DNA of 63,106 nucleotides, filler included, from Bonamia ostreae (GCA_040357525.1; 45 parts of 45 records of this genome joined end to end with filler, not necessarily neighbours in it), one strand, 5' to 3'; positions 14,133 to 25,930 are shown, counted from the whole stretch's first letter. Notes: generated by a model from the sequence alone, not told the origin. Numbers and translations: made by a program.

Positions 14133-15410
14133 GTTCGGAAATGGAAATATTAGTGGAACGGCTGCGCTCGCTTATTAACACGGACAAAAAGAAAATAAAC
14201 GTCGTCGGAAACGCCAACTTTTGGATCGGAAAAGCGAAGAAACAAAAGAAAAATTTCCAAAAGTCGAAAAAATGGACTATCGTTAAAATTTGAAAATTTA
14301 GGACTATTTTGAGAAAACGATGATTTCCAAAGAACACGTCAGCTTCGTCGACCCCTTTTCAATGGCGCGCATAACTGACCCGGTCAGAGGCGAAAAGTGC
14401 GCGCACTTGCAAATATTCGACCTGAAGACGTTTGTGGAGCGATGGTACCTCGCCAACTCGAAGAAGATGACCAAAGCCTGCTGGCTCTGTCCCATCTGCG
14501 CGCAGCAGACGCACCCCCGGAAGCTGTACGTCGACTCCTTCATGCAAAACGTTGCTAACACCATCTCAAGCTCATCGAAAACAACCCGTCGAAGGACGAA
14601 GTGCTGTTGGACGCGAACGCGAAGGTGGTCGAAATGGCGCCCGACAGCGCGGCCAAGAAAGACGAAGTGATCGAGTTTGGCTCCAGCGACGACAACGAGG
14701 CGTCCTCCGACGAGCCATCCAAAAACTCGTCCAGCAGACCTCCGAAGCCGCCGTCTCCTCCGCCTGCCGAAATGCGCTCCGCGTTTGGCAAGAGCGCTCC
14801 ATCTTCCGCCGGAATTCGCTCGACGCGCAGTAGTCTCCAGCTCAACTACGGCTTCCGCGGCGGCGGTTTGGCGGCGAAAGACGGCAACCGACCTGGCTCC
14901 ATCCGCGTTTTCCCCGCTTCGAGATCTCGACTCCTCGTCCGTCCTGGCGGGAAAATGGAGTCGCCTTATAGAATGCCGCACTTCGGTCCGCCGCGAGTGG
15001 ACTACAAGCGCTTCCGGCCGACGGCGGGAGAAAAGTCCTCGAAGACGGAGCGGTCGCAGCAGGCGAAACGCGTTCCTCCGCCAGACCATCCCCCGCCGCC
15101 CACCTCGTTCTTCGCTGTAACGCGGAGCAAAGGGGGTGACAAGCGGCGAGTGCCGCCGGATCCGCCTCGGCCAAAGAAAACCGTCTCCGGAAAAGTCCTT
15201 CGGAAGACGGACAGCGGCGCCGCATCCAAAAACAGTAATTTGGAAGAGGCGCCGGCTCGGTTCGTAATCGCCTTCTCGGAAGAAGAATGGACGGACAACG
15301 AAACCAAAAATTCGCAGTTGCCTTCGTTGTCGCGAGAAAACAAAAAAATTGGAGGAAACAAGAAGGTGAAAAAGAAGCTCAAAAGAAAAAAACCGCGTGT
15401 ACAAAAATAG
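14133..15410 (+). CDS. MIZ/SP-RING zinc-finger protein (PIAS/Siz-like SUMO E3 ligase), 5'-partial (protist)
   Basis: VSFVDPFSMARITDPVRGEKCAHLQIFD...WLCPIC...LYVDSFM is an SP-RING. The 20-nt introns 14282-14301 and 14551-14570 join it to a SIM-like VIEFGSSDD and a Pro/Ser-rich tail. Confidence 0.85.
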
Positions 15411-16953
15411 ACTTTTTTAATAAATTTGTTAGAAATTCTAGAANNNNNNNNNNNNNNNNNNNNNNNNNNNNNNNNNNNNNNNNNNNNTTAATTAATTAAN
15501 NNNNNNNNNNNNNNNNNNNNNNNNNNNNNNNNNNNNNNNNNNNATTATCTAAATCTTGTATTCTTTATAGATGCTGTGAGATTGATCACTGTCCGTTGTA
15601 TTTACCTCTGTATACAAATACTTATTAACATCAAAACTTGTCACTAGAAACATTAGTACAGGCTAGTATATTCACATATAAAAGGGATAAGGTAATGAAC
15701 AGTGATCCATGTCATAAATCGTATATAGAATATAACATCGAAAACAGGTCAAACGCGGATCACTGTATCTCGCGAAAAAATGTGTTTACGTAGATGCTGG
15801 TAGGCCACCTGCTGTCGTAAAATTATGTAAATTTGTATGTAAATCAATTCATTTGTTCGATTTTAATTCGGGCATGAATTGTACTAATGTTTGATTACTC
15901 AGTAAACATTTGGGCTCACAAGTACTAATTTTCAGCATCACCAAAGCAGGCGATAAACATACAGCTGCATATTATACAAATGATGATTATTGATTAGCCC
16001 AATGTTACACTGAAATGATCATGGATAAATCTGTAAAATTCACTATGTTTAAATAAATGATTATTTATAGTATTCAAATCGAAAGTACTCTAATGTGTTT
16101 AATTTTCAGCATTATCTAAAAGCATCGTACTTAAATGATATCTCATTTCCTTCCAATTCATGTATTTAAAAAGAAAGTACTTCCATATGCGTGTTTTATC
16201 ACATGCCTTGAAAATCACCCCGTTTACACGAGATAATTATTTATCATATTTATAAAGAAAACATCGATATGTCCATTTTCTAAGATTCTCTGAATCAAGG
16301 GTGCTTTTATAAGAGGATTATTTATTATACTTGAAGAGAAAAAAATCAATACGTCTATTTTTCAAAATTCTTTAAATGGAATGTTTAAATGAGACGCTTA
16401 TCTATGATATTTAAAACGAAAAACACCTATGTCTGTTTTGCACGTTTCTCAATAATTCACCATCGTTTAAATCATCATTATATATAATATCTAGCAAGAA
16501 AAACACCCAAACGTCAATTTTCGATTTTAGCTTAATTCGCCTATTTTAGTCAGAGACTATGCTTTTCTTCGGGAGATGACATTCTTCCTCCAAGCTATGT
16601 ATGATTTCATGTTTGTTCTAAGGTGATGTTCCTCTAGTACAAGTCGTCATGCTTCTTCTATGGAAATATTGTTCCTCCTGTGTCCTACGGGGCTAACGTT
16701 TTAACTGTGAAGTGTTTTTTTAATCAAGGAGTTTCTGCGCAATGTTTTTTTCATGGTTTTACATTGAAAATCCTACTCCTTGGAATTGATCACTGTTAGT
16801 TACCTTTACCTGTTAATTTTTTAAAGGTACCTGTTCGATACTGAACGGTGGTTNNNNNNNNNNNNNNNNNNNNNNNNNNNNNNNNNNNNNNNNNNNNTTA
16901 ATTAATTAANNNNNNNNNNNNNNNNNNNNNNNNNNNNNNNNNNNNNNNNNNNN

Positions 16954-17748
16954 GTGAACCTTTTTGTCAAAATCGAAAAACATTTTTTCCCCATCCATTT
17001 GTCTGCACTTCGTAGCCCAAACTCTGAATACATATTAATTCGACTTTGGTCGATTTCATAATATTCTAACCCGATGGCGTGAGCCAATTCTCTTGCTACG
17101 CCCAAAACACCGCAATTTGGGTTGACACCGACAAAATGACGCCCTTTGTCAGCAAATCTCCATTGCTCTGAAAAGCAACGATCGGCTCTCGTAAAATAAA
17201 TGTAATCAGTTTGATTTATTCGCAATGTAAACCGCCATTTTGTCTATTTTTATTGCTCACATTGAAGTTTTTGTGATAACAAATATGTACTTGTACTGTG
17301 ACAGTAAAAATTTAGACTGATTTCAAATCAGTTTATCGATTTAACTGATTCCAAAACAACATTCTCATTGCAACACAATCTTTTAACCAAACAAAAACCT
17401 CAATTTTGAGAATTTCGAAAGCAGAAAAAATATTTCGAACATCTTTTTTCGTAAGATTGCTTCCCAGAACATAAGGGATAGGACAATCCCACACAGAAGG
17501 CAATGCTTTCCCGCATTTATACAATGGCACAAAAATGTTTTCCTAAAAAATAAAAAGATTACTTCGAACACGCAATATTCTTTTTTACTGTATCTATGGA
17601 CACATCTGTGCAATTCGACAAAAGGGTTTCCCGTTTCTCTGAAAATTCTTTTTGTGCAAATGTAATTTTGGTCATTTAAAATGGACGAAAGTCGCAAATT
17701 CGCCATTTGTAACAATAAAAAAATTCTAGAAATGTTCATTTTAACCAT
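16954..17748 (-). CDS. Astacin (M12A)-like protein with a degenerate zinc motif, 3'-partial (protist)
   Basis: WDCPIPYVL...IFSAFEIL|TKWRFTLRINQTDYIYF...RCFS...NCGVLGVARELAHAIGLEYYE follows the astacin motif order. Introns at 17543-17562 (20 nt) and ~17245-17398. Confidence 0.6.
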
Positions 17749-18176
17749 ATTTTTAAAATTTTTTGGATGTCTAAACGGCTTTTCTTTCATTAATTTTTTA
17801 GTTATGTCAAAGCGGAAACCTTCAATGGAACAAATGTTTTTTCTTTTTAGAAAATTAAAGTTTTGTTTTGCAATCATCTTCCAACATTTTTAATTTTCTA
17901 CTCACCAATAATTCATGCATTCGTATAGTTTTTTGTGATATTTAGAAATTCTCTTTTATTTAATCTTAAATAAACAAAAATTCTCTTTTTGGTGTAAACG
18001 GTAAATAGGCATTATTTAATGGTAACAATATGTAGCAATTTTTATATTTCAAAATTAATTTATCTTTTTTTCTGGCGGCGGTATATCTTCGTCAAGAAGT
18101 ACTTTAAGTTCATCATAATTCGTTTGATTTGAACGGGCCTTATTTTGATTTCACTGACGATTTATTTATAAAACAA

Positions 18177-18263
18177 CATATTAAAAATCGAATCAATTGA
18201 AGATCAATCATATTAAAAATCGAATCAATTGAAGATCAATCATATTAAAAATCGAATCAATTG
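18177..18263 (+). repeat. 32-bp tandem repeat at contig end
   Basis: catattaaaaatcgaatcaattgaagatcaat x2.7, running into the gap. Confidence 0.9.
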
Positions 18264-18363
18264 NNNNNNNNNNNNNNNNNNNNNNNNNNNNNNNNNNNNN
18301 NNNNNNNTTAATTAATTAANNNNNNNNNNNNNNNNNNNNNNNNNNNNNNNNNNNNNNNNNNNN

Positions 18364-18944
18364 CCGATTATTTTGTCTACCGATAGAAACCCTGTAGAAA
18401 TTGTTTTTCGTGTATAAATCCCTGGGTCTTTTTTCGTTTCTTTAATTTTATTTAAAATATCCGAGTCATTTGAATAGAGCATATCTTTCATACTGACCAT
18501 AGATACTCCCTTGCTGCAAGAGTCTGCCTCAACAAGAGCGTTGATTATATATCCTGTTGTCTCGCTTGTATTGTTTGTGGCGCCAAGAAGTTTCTTGCCG
18601 CTATCAAGTATGTCATTAAGTTGCTCGTTCTTGTGGTATTGTATGATTGTATCTATGTCCCCACGAAACCCAAGTATTGATGCTGACTCTGAAATACTCT
18701 CTACAAAAGCTGGCGAAATTCTAGAGTTTCCCAGAACCTGTATGACTCTACTGGCGTTTATAAACTTTTCCTTGGTGTTGTATATGCAATTCTTTATAGC
18801 TACGAATATATTCCTGAGATCCCTGTCTGATATATGATCTTCGCTTAGTGATTCGCACCCAGACTGCATCATAGAATAGTTCTTAATCATAGCGCCTATA
18901 ACTGAGCTTTCTACTTTTCTACGCTGCTCTAGTGTGCTAGTCAT
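18364..18944 (-). CDS. DnaB-like replicative helicase, N-terminal part (phage/bacterial)
   Basis: VESSVIGAMI...LSEDHISDRDLRNIFVAI matches the DnaB N-domain, and ISTGFLSVDKII is the start of the C-domain. Intronless, with an SD-like AAGGGA upstream. Confidence 0.8.
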
Positions 18945-18953
18945 TTTCTTCCC

Positions 18954-19037
18954 TTATGTACAAGATTCGCATATCCCACTCTCGGGGTCGCACTCTTTTG
19001 CTTTTATTTCTGATAGAAAATCTTCGTCGTCTTTCAT
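18954..19037 (-). CDS. 27-aa acidic Cys-rich peptide (not in ORF track)
   Basis: MKDDEDFLSEIKAKECDPESGICESCT*, with a strong SD (AGGAGG) 4 nt before the ATG. It fills the gap between the two flanking co-directional ORFs. Confidence 0.7.
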   Translation of the reverse strand: MKDDEDFLSEIKAKECDPESGICESCT

Positions 19038-19045
19038 ATTTCCTC

Positions 19046-19672
19046 CTAGTTATTTGGGTACATAAACAGTCCGTCTGAAAATCCTGAATAGTATTGCAAC
19101 CCGTCTGGGGCAACCCTATCTAACATCATAGAATAGTTTGCTGCTGCTGGGGACTTAGTCTGATCTGCCCTGCTAAACGTTGGCACGCAAAGCGGCGATT
19201 GTGGAATATTGTCTGCATTGCCCATCCCGATATATGAAAGTAGCCCAAGACTCGCACTGCTTTTTGTGCCCCTAATGTATCTTCTTGCTGTCGCTGCTAC
19301 TGTATTTGACGACACCTCTAGTCCTGCGTTGTCTGCTACAATATGGTCCTGCATACATAAGCCGTATACACCTGTATTTAATAGGTTTGTTGGGGTTATT
19401 CCGTATGCATTTGGTTCCGCACGTCCTCCAAACTCGAAAGGCACAAACGGTATGTCAATTTCTGTGCCGTAAACACCATACTTTAGTGATACATTAGAGG
19501 CGTCGTTTCCTGTAAGCATAAAAACAATAGGTTTATGTTTCTCTCTTGATTTCCAAACGTTAAGTGGTTTCTTTGCTTCTGGCAAAAAGTCTGCCTTACT
19601 TATCCCGTTAAGCGTTGCGTATGTGGGTAAAGAAGATGATACGCCTGGCTTTGCAGATACATAGGCTACCAC
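19046..19672 (-). CDS. Hypothetical phage/bacterial protein, 5'-partial
   Basis: 208-codon intronless ORF packed in tandem with the peptide and DnaB-like genes. No family recognised. Confidence 0.6.
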   Translation of the reverse strand: MVAYVSAKPGVSSSLPTYATLNGISKADFLPEAKKPLNVWKSREKHKPIVFMLTGNDASNVSLKYGVYGTEIDIPFVPFEFGGRAEPNAYGITPTNLLNTGVYGLCMQDHIVADNAGLEVSSNTVAATARRYIRGTKSSASLGLLSYIGMGNADNIPQSPLCVPTFSRADQTKSPAAANYSMMLDRVAPDGLQYYSGFSDGLFMYPNN

Positions 19673-19909
19673 ANNNNNNNNNNNNNNNNNNNNNNNNNNN
19701 NNNNNNNNNNNNNNNNNTTAATTAATTAANNNNNNNNNNNNNNNNNNNNNNNNNNNNNNNNNNNNNNNNNNNNAGTGAGTATTTATTTTACTACATAAAA
19801 AATACCCTTATTGTATAATAGTAATGGTTTGATACATGCATCATTTTAGTTGATATGCTCTATAAATATATTTGAAAGAGGTTGAAGTATTTTATCATTT
19901 ATTTCAACT

Positions 19910-20233
19910 TTGTTGCTATCGTACAGTAATTTAACTTATGTAATAGATACACCTGTCATTTCAATAGGATTATGTGATAACGTATTTTTTAAACAGGAGG
20001 AGATGGAAAGATCAGTACATGTGGATGCTGAGGACACACATATAAGGACCATTAAAGTTAAGGACAACTCAGGAAGTTGCAAGGTATCGTTGTGGAGGGA
20101 GTTGACAAAACAGAAAACACCAGTTCGGAGCCATATCACACTAACAAACGTCGTTGTACAAGTGTATAATGATGAAAAATCTGTTTCTACCACTCCAAGG
20201 ACAAAGCTTGAGGCAAAATCTTCATTGATTTGA
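19910..20233 (+). CDS. OB-fold (RPA-like) exon, probably host
   Basis: IRTIKVKDNSGSCKVSLWRE...HITLTNVVVQVYNDEKSVSTT matches the OB-fold D.sG...v.lW pattern. Confidence 0.55.
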   Translation: MLLSYSNLTYVIDTPVISIGLCDNVFFKQEEMERSVHVDAEDTHIRTIKVKDNSGSCKVSLWRELTKQKTPVRSHITLTNVVVQVYNDEKSVSTTPRTKLEAKSSLI

Positions 20234-20569
20234 ATGTTTTAACACTACATTTTGCCTTTCTGTTTATGGAAAAAAATAATATCCATACATTTTTATTGCT
20301 CGAACTCTGTCATCGCTATCGAGTTAGAAAATACGAAACCATTTCCACTATGACAAAAATATGTAGGCAAGTTGTCATCTTGCTGTGTTATTTGGTCACG
20401 CTATGACCTCTGACCTTTAAGTTTGATACAGACCTGCACATATTTACTTTTCAATAGGTTCATCTAAGGAAAATATTTGCAAATGTAAATATTTGTAATT
20501 ATGTTGTTATATTTGTTATCTATTTTTTTTTTTAAAACAATATTGAACAATTTCAGTATATTCATATTT

Positions 20570-20652
20570 TACGCTATAAATTGAAGGGTTTTTGCAACCT
20601 CTGGAACCGCTACGGTTCCAGAAGTTGCAAAAACCCTTCAATTTATAGCGTA
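20570..20652. repeat. 83-bp near-perfect palindrome (40-bp arms, 3-nt loop)
   Basis: tacgctataaattgaagggtttttgcaacctctggaaccg-cta-cggttccagaagttgcaaaaacccttcaatttatagcgta, with one mismatch. Confidence 0.95.
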
Positions 20653-22785
20653 TGAAGTGACTGATAACCTGCATTTCAAACTCATAGCTGACGAGGATGG
20701 GGAATACCCAGAATATCTTGTGACAAAGGCAATCCTGGGCAGTGCACTACGCTGTGCAGCTGTAGATGTAGAGAACAATCTAACAAAGAAATTGCCAGTG
20801 TCTGCCACAGAAACAGTGAAAGAAAACAACATTCTCCACATGACCATTAAGGCATTTGAATTTCTGCTCAAATCAGTTTCCATGTTTTGTTATTTCCCTA
20901 ATTTAAAATTCTATATAGATTGCAACTGTTCTTATATGACCTTTGTTTGATTTCTCAGGTGTTTTGCACCTCAGCCTGCTCATTAAAAACAAATTTGTTT
21001 GGTGATTTTTTGGAATATTAAAATGTACATTATTAAGTCTTTAGTTCTTTATCTTGTTCTTATGCTGTTTTTGTGTGTGTGTGNNNNNNNNNNNNNNNNN
21101 NNNNNNNNNNNNNNNNNNNNNNNNNNNTTAATTAATTAANNNNNNNNNNNNNNNNNNNNNNNNNNNNNNNNNNNNNNNNNNNNCAATATTGTTATCATAT
21201 ATGCATCAATTACTTTCAAACCAGGGTGCATTTATTCACTTTTTGTGTCGAGAACGGAACAAGTTCGCGTTTCCTCTGTCATTATAGGTGTTTAAGTTTG
21301 TATAATTCCTTATAGTAACCGGTATATGGAGTGCTTGACTTTCAATACACTTTTGAGAAATCTGGTGACAAAACTAGATTTTCGCTGCACACAAAAAAAG
21401 GAGAAGCAGCCAGGGAAAATATACATGTACGATGCGATAATGTAGCCCTCCTTTTTTCTGCGCAAAATTTATTGTTACCATCGCATTCAATTAAACGTAG
21501 TGAGTGGCATCGTGTAGCCTGTTGACACGTTGCAATGCACGTAATCTGAAAAACATGATGGAGAGGAGGCTTATTAATGTACTTACAAAATTTACCCCCC
21601 CCCTGCTTTCTGTGTTCATGCATCTGATATAATCAATGAACTCAACGTATCATTTTTTGTAGATGTCAAATCAGGAAGGCATAAAAAAGTGGACATGTTA
21701 CATTTTTAAAATTGCCGCAGCCGCCAATTTTTTCGACAGCTTGAAGGAACCCTAAGATTCAAATTCAACCAACTTCGTTTCCGGCTATAAGGGGTATTAA
21801 AATAAATTTATATTGGTGGAATATATATGAATGAAATTTTTTTCACGATAACTGCAGTATTCTTCTGCAGGTGTGGTTCTACACACGGCGTGGGGGACTC
21901 ACATTAGTTTTTTTTTTTTTTTTTTTACAAAATGTGTGTTTATGCTTTCATCGCTAAAGAATTTAGATTGAGCGTGGTCGATAGGATCCTTTCCTTTTTT
22001 AAAATTTAACAAATTTATCTTTAAGCATTATATAAAATAACAAATCGGCCTTGTTGGTAATAAAAAGTCATTGCAGGTTTATGTTTTGTTTTGTAGAATA
22101 TATCTCAAGTACCAATTTTGCAACTCGGCATTCCATGCTGACTGTGAAATTTATGAGCTCAGTACTTTATCAAGTGGAGAAGAGGATACCGTTTGTTGTA
22201 GTGTGTGCGCAGGATAAAGATATGGACGAAAATAACAAGTAAGACATTCATGGTACATATATAAATGTTTGCAGAAAAAATTGCATTTATTTAATCACAT
22301 ATCTACATGGATATCATTTTTTTTGTATTTGGGGTCATCTGTATAAATTTCGCATTTTAGGATACATGTTGAAATTGAAACTGCCGATGGTGGAATCATT
22401 CGCTGTTTAGTTGATGCAGAAATTGCAGTACGTCTACAAAATTGTGTGTATGAAATATACAGATATTAAAACAGATCGCCAATGGCTGTTAANNNNNNNN
22501 NNNNNNNNNNNNNNNNNNNNNNNNNNNNNNNNNNNNTTAATTAATTAANNNNNNNNNNNNNNNNNNNNNNNNNNNNNNNNNNNNNNNNNNNNAAATTCGC
22601 AAAAATATTGAGATTTTTAAATTAAAAAACAAATATCAAACTGATTAGAGAAACGTCCGTTAATTTTCTTAGACTTTTCTTTTGCGACAAACAAAGGTTT
22701 AGTTGTCGACGATAAAACAAGCTTCATTTTGACAAAAATGTACCGAAATATTGAATTTAAGTTTTTTGAAAAATAATAAAAAAAA

Positions 22786-23858
22786 TTAAATATTTATTTT
22801 AATCGCTTCAGGAACCGCTTTTCCGCGTTCTGCAAAAACTGTCAAAAAATTTGCATTTTCAAATTCAAAATTTGCTATTTTTCCAAACTTGATGATTTTC
22901 TGCACTTTAATTTCTTCCAATTCGATTCTTAATATTGCAATCTGTTCCAAATTTCTTTTAATTTTGAAAATTTTATTTTTTCAAATTTTTTTTGAGATTA
23001 AAATCTCAATATTTTAACTTGTAACATAGAACAGCGATTTTATTACCAAAATTTTTGACCGTTTTTATTCCAATTTTGTCACTTTTTAATTTTTTAAAAG
23101 TTTCTTCTTTGATCAAATCGGTGTCAATATTTGTTTCAAATTTTATTTTTTCAAAATAATCGATTTTTATCAAATCGAAGTCAATTTTGAAAAGCAATTT
23201 TCCTTTTTTGTAATCCCAAACAATCAAAAAATTGTCTCTTCCGCCGCTCACCAATAAATCGCCGCAAAACAAAAGTTGCGTCGGCGACCTAAAAATTTAT
23301 TTTTTGGCCAAAAACAATTGATGTCCGAAGCAAAAAGATTCGATTTTCTGAATCGAATCGAGGCGGCTTATTCTGATTCGAGAAGTCTTGTCTGCTGCCG
23401 CAAACCATTTTTTGTCGGGAGAAACGGAAATTGACGTGATCGGCGAAATCGAACCAAAACAAAATTTTGTTTCGACGCCATTTTGTCCATTTTCGCAAAT
23501 TTTGTAAACGTCTCCGACGGAATCGAAAATGATCGCTTTTTCGATTCCGCTGTTGATAATTTTTATCGATTCGACGTTTTTTGAGACTTTTCTTTTAAAT
23601 TTGCTCAAAAAACAATTCGATTTTGTTTTTTCGAAAATCGACGAAAAACAACTTTTTGTCGAAAGTTGAATAAATCAGAAAATTAGAAGATTGCGCTACC
23701 GATTTCAATTTTTCGTTTTTACTATAAAACGAGCTTATTTTTTTCGGATTTTCGTTTTTAAAACTGAATCTTAATATATTTAAAATTGAGTACAACATTT
23801 TAGCGGTTCCATCCGCTTCACAGACGATATAGCCATTGTCTGAAAAATAAACGGCCAT
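22786..23858 (-). CDS. WDR4: WDR4/Trm82, tRNA m7G46 methyltransferase non-catalytic subunit (protist)
   Basis: FDSVGDVY, AADKTSRIRIS...IESFCFGH, LLVSGGRDNFLIVWDY. Introns 23592-23613 (22 nt) and 23289-23315 (27 nt). The 3' end is approximate. Confidence 0.8.
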
Positions 23859-24052
23859 TTAATATTTAGCCAAAATACTATATATTTACCGAAAAGCTAA
23901 ANNNNNNNNNNNNNNNNNNNNNNNNNNNNNNNNNNNNNNNNNNNNTTAATTAATTAANNNNNNNNNNNNNNNNNNNNNNNNNNNNNNNNNNNNNNNNNNN
24001 NTTTACCAATTTTTAAACAACTGATTTTTTGCGCCTTTTAAAACAAAAATAC

Positions 24053-24378
24053 CTTTCGTCGAGTTCGTCCATTACACTTGTCAAGAACTTGCAGAAACGC
24101 TTTAAATACGACTTTTTCGCTTCAATTGGTTCATCGCTAAATGCTTTTTGCATTGTATAGTCGTGCGCAAGGTGACAATTTCCAATTGCGGCTTTAGTGT
24201 TGACGAAAAGTTCGTAAGGGCAAAAACCGCAAATGAAATAAGGACAGACTCCTCGTTTCTTCCATCTGTGGCGCATTTTCTTTCCATCTTCCGGCGCCAG
24301 ATTTCGATCTGCGCCCATTAACTAATGCATCAATTTGACCAAAAAAACTTGATCTAACAATGCACGCTGCGCTTCCAT
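24053..24378 (-). CDS. LUC7: LUC7 family U1 snRNP protein, 3'-partial (protist)
   Basis: MEAQRALLDQ|LMGADRN...VCPYFICGFCPYELFVNTKAAIGNCHLAH is the LUC7 first zinc finger. Intron 24322-24348 (27 nt). Confidence 0.92.
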
Positions 24379-24467
24379 CTTCGAAAATATATTAACGATT
24401 TTAGTATATAAAAGTTATAGATGAGCTTATAATACTGAGCTTTAAACAATATAATTAGACAAAATCA

Positions 24468-25159
24468 TTAGTTAATAATTTTACTAAAGCACTGAACGCC
24501 CGTTTTTACGTCTTTTGTACGCCATCCACACTCTATCAACAATTTATTTGTTAAAAGTTTAAACCTGTCTAAAAATCCGGATGGAGTTAAAGCTGGTCTG
24601 GCGTCGACAAAGAACTCCATGTTGCCAGACTTTGCATCTAACTGTGATTCGCTTAAAAAACTTGCGAATAGTAATCGATGACATAACGAACCTCCTTTCC
24701 GCAGCGGTCGACCGTCCAGTCGTGGCGGTCGAACGGCAAAGGACAACCGAACAAATGGAGAAATCTGGCTTTGGGCGAGTACTTGCCGTCCAACCCCCTA
24801 AAACGCGCCAATCGCACGTTTTCGCACCGATGCAATTTTTCGTATTCCATTATTTCCGTCCAAGTCGCGTTCGTCACTGCTACGTGCGTGGCGGCCATTC
24901 CCAGCGCGTCTTGCGGATCGAGTTTTTTCTGCTTGCGATTGCAGGAGCGAATGAGCTGGTTTCCGGAGGGATTGAGCCATTCTTCGCCGTCTGGGGAGTT
25001 TCCAGATCCGGCGGCTGGAATTGTGTCCACGGGAACGATGTTGTTCTCGGGCAAAAAGAGGTCTGAAATCTCCGTCGGCGAAAGATCGAGTTTTTCGACG
25101 GAATCTGATCTGTGCGCACTTTTGTAATTTTCCATGCAATCGCTGTTTTTCTTCCCCAT
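24468..25159 (-). CDS. HCCS: Holocytochrome c synthase (cytochrome c heme lyase), complete, 2 exons (protist)
   Basis: WLNPSGNQ, HVAVTNATWTEIMEYE, LARFRG...SPKARF, PFDRHDWTVDRCGKEVRYVIDYY. The 20-nt intron 24642-24661 joins these to FVDARPAL. Confidence 0.93.
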
Positions 25160-25699
25160 TTTGATATTTTTATTATATGGAAACGGCTATAATAAAAAGT
25201 GAGCTTAAGATTTTTTGGTTGAAATTTTGATGTGTTGTCAGTTGAAGTAAAATATTTTGATTTGGTCAGTTGAACTAAAATATTTTGACGTGTTGTCAGC
25301 TGAACTAAAANNNNNNNNNNNNNNNNNNNNNNNNNNNNNNNNNNNNNNNNNNNNTTAATTAATTAANNNNNNNNNNNNNNNNNNNNNNNNNNNNNNNNNN
25401 NNNNNNNNNNAATTATTTGATTATATTGTTTTTCAGTTTTTCTAAAGTTATTCTTTTCGAATTCTGCCATTACTTTCTTGAAACTAATATCATTTCTATT
25501 AAAATTTGTTTTTTCCAGAACTTAGATTTTTCTTTTTTACCAATTTCTTCACTTTTTTCTTTATTTTTTAAATTCGGTTTCCAGCTCTTCTTTGTACCAG
25601 TTTGAGTTTAACTTTTTTCTTGTTTTATTTTTTAATGGTTTGTTTCTATTGTTTTCGTTACTACAATCGATACAAAAAATATCTTGAATATTTAAAAAA

Positions 25700-25930
25700 G
25701 AAAGAAATCGATATAAGATTTTAAAACTATAAAGTTGAAAAGGTATTTGGACAAGTTATCCAATGCTTTAAATGTCAAAAATTTGTACAAACGCCCAAAA
25801 TTTGTAAAAACGCTGAGGATGCCTGCGTTTAATAAAAAGGTGAACGTTAATTAAAAGAGTGAAAGTCCAAAGTGACTAAATGCGCTAAATTTGCTGGAGA
25901 ACACTCCTCCATTTCAGAAAATTTTTCTCA
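25700..25930 (+). mobile_element. Second decayed non-LTR ORF1 remnant with CCHC-like knuckles
   Basis: 25755-25805 reads VIQCFKCQKFVQTPKIC, followed by KCAKFAGEHSS in another frame. DNA-level similarity to 2235-2276. Confidence 0.55.

Noticed and set aside
14304-15404. 366-aa minus-strand ORF and other overlapping ORFs
   Set aside because: These are antisense shadows of the GC-rich SP-RING gene with no recognisable motifs.
18364-19673. Horizontal transfer of DnaB into the eukaryote
   Set aside because: It is a separate contig with no eukaryotic flank, and the adjacency is artificial.
24468-24746. Programmed frameshifting, pseudogenisation or an alternative genetic code to explain broken ORFs
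   Set aside because: Nearly every break examined is resolved exactly by a GT-AG segment that restores conserved motifs. Terminal stops are ordinary TAA/TAG/TGA.
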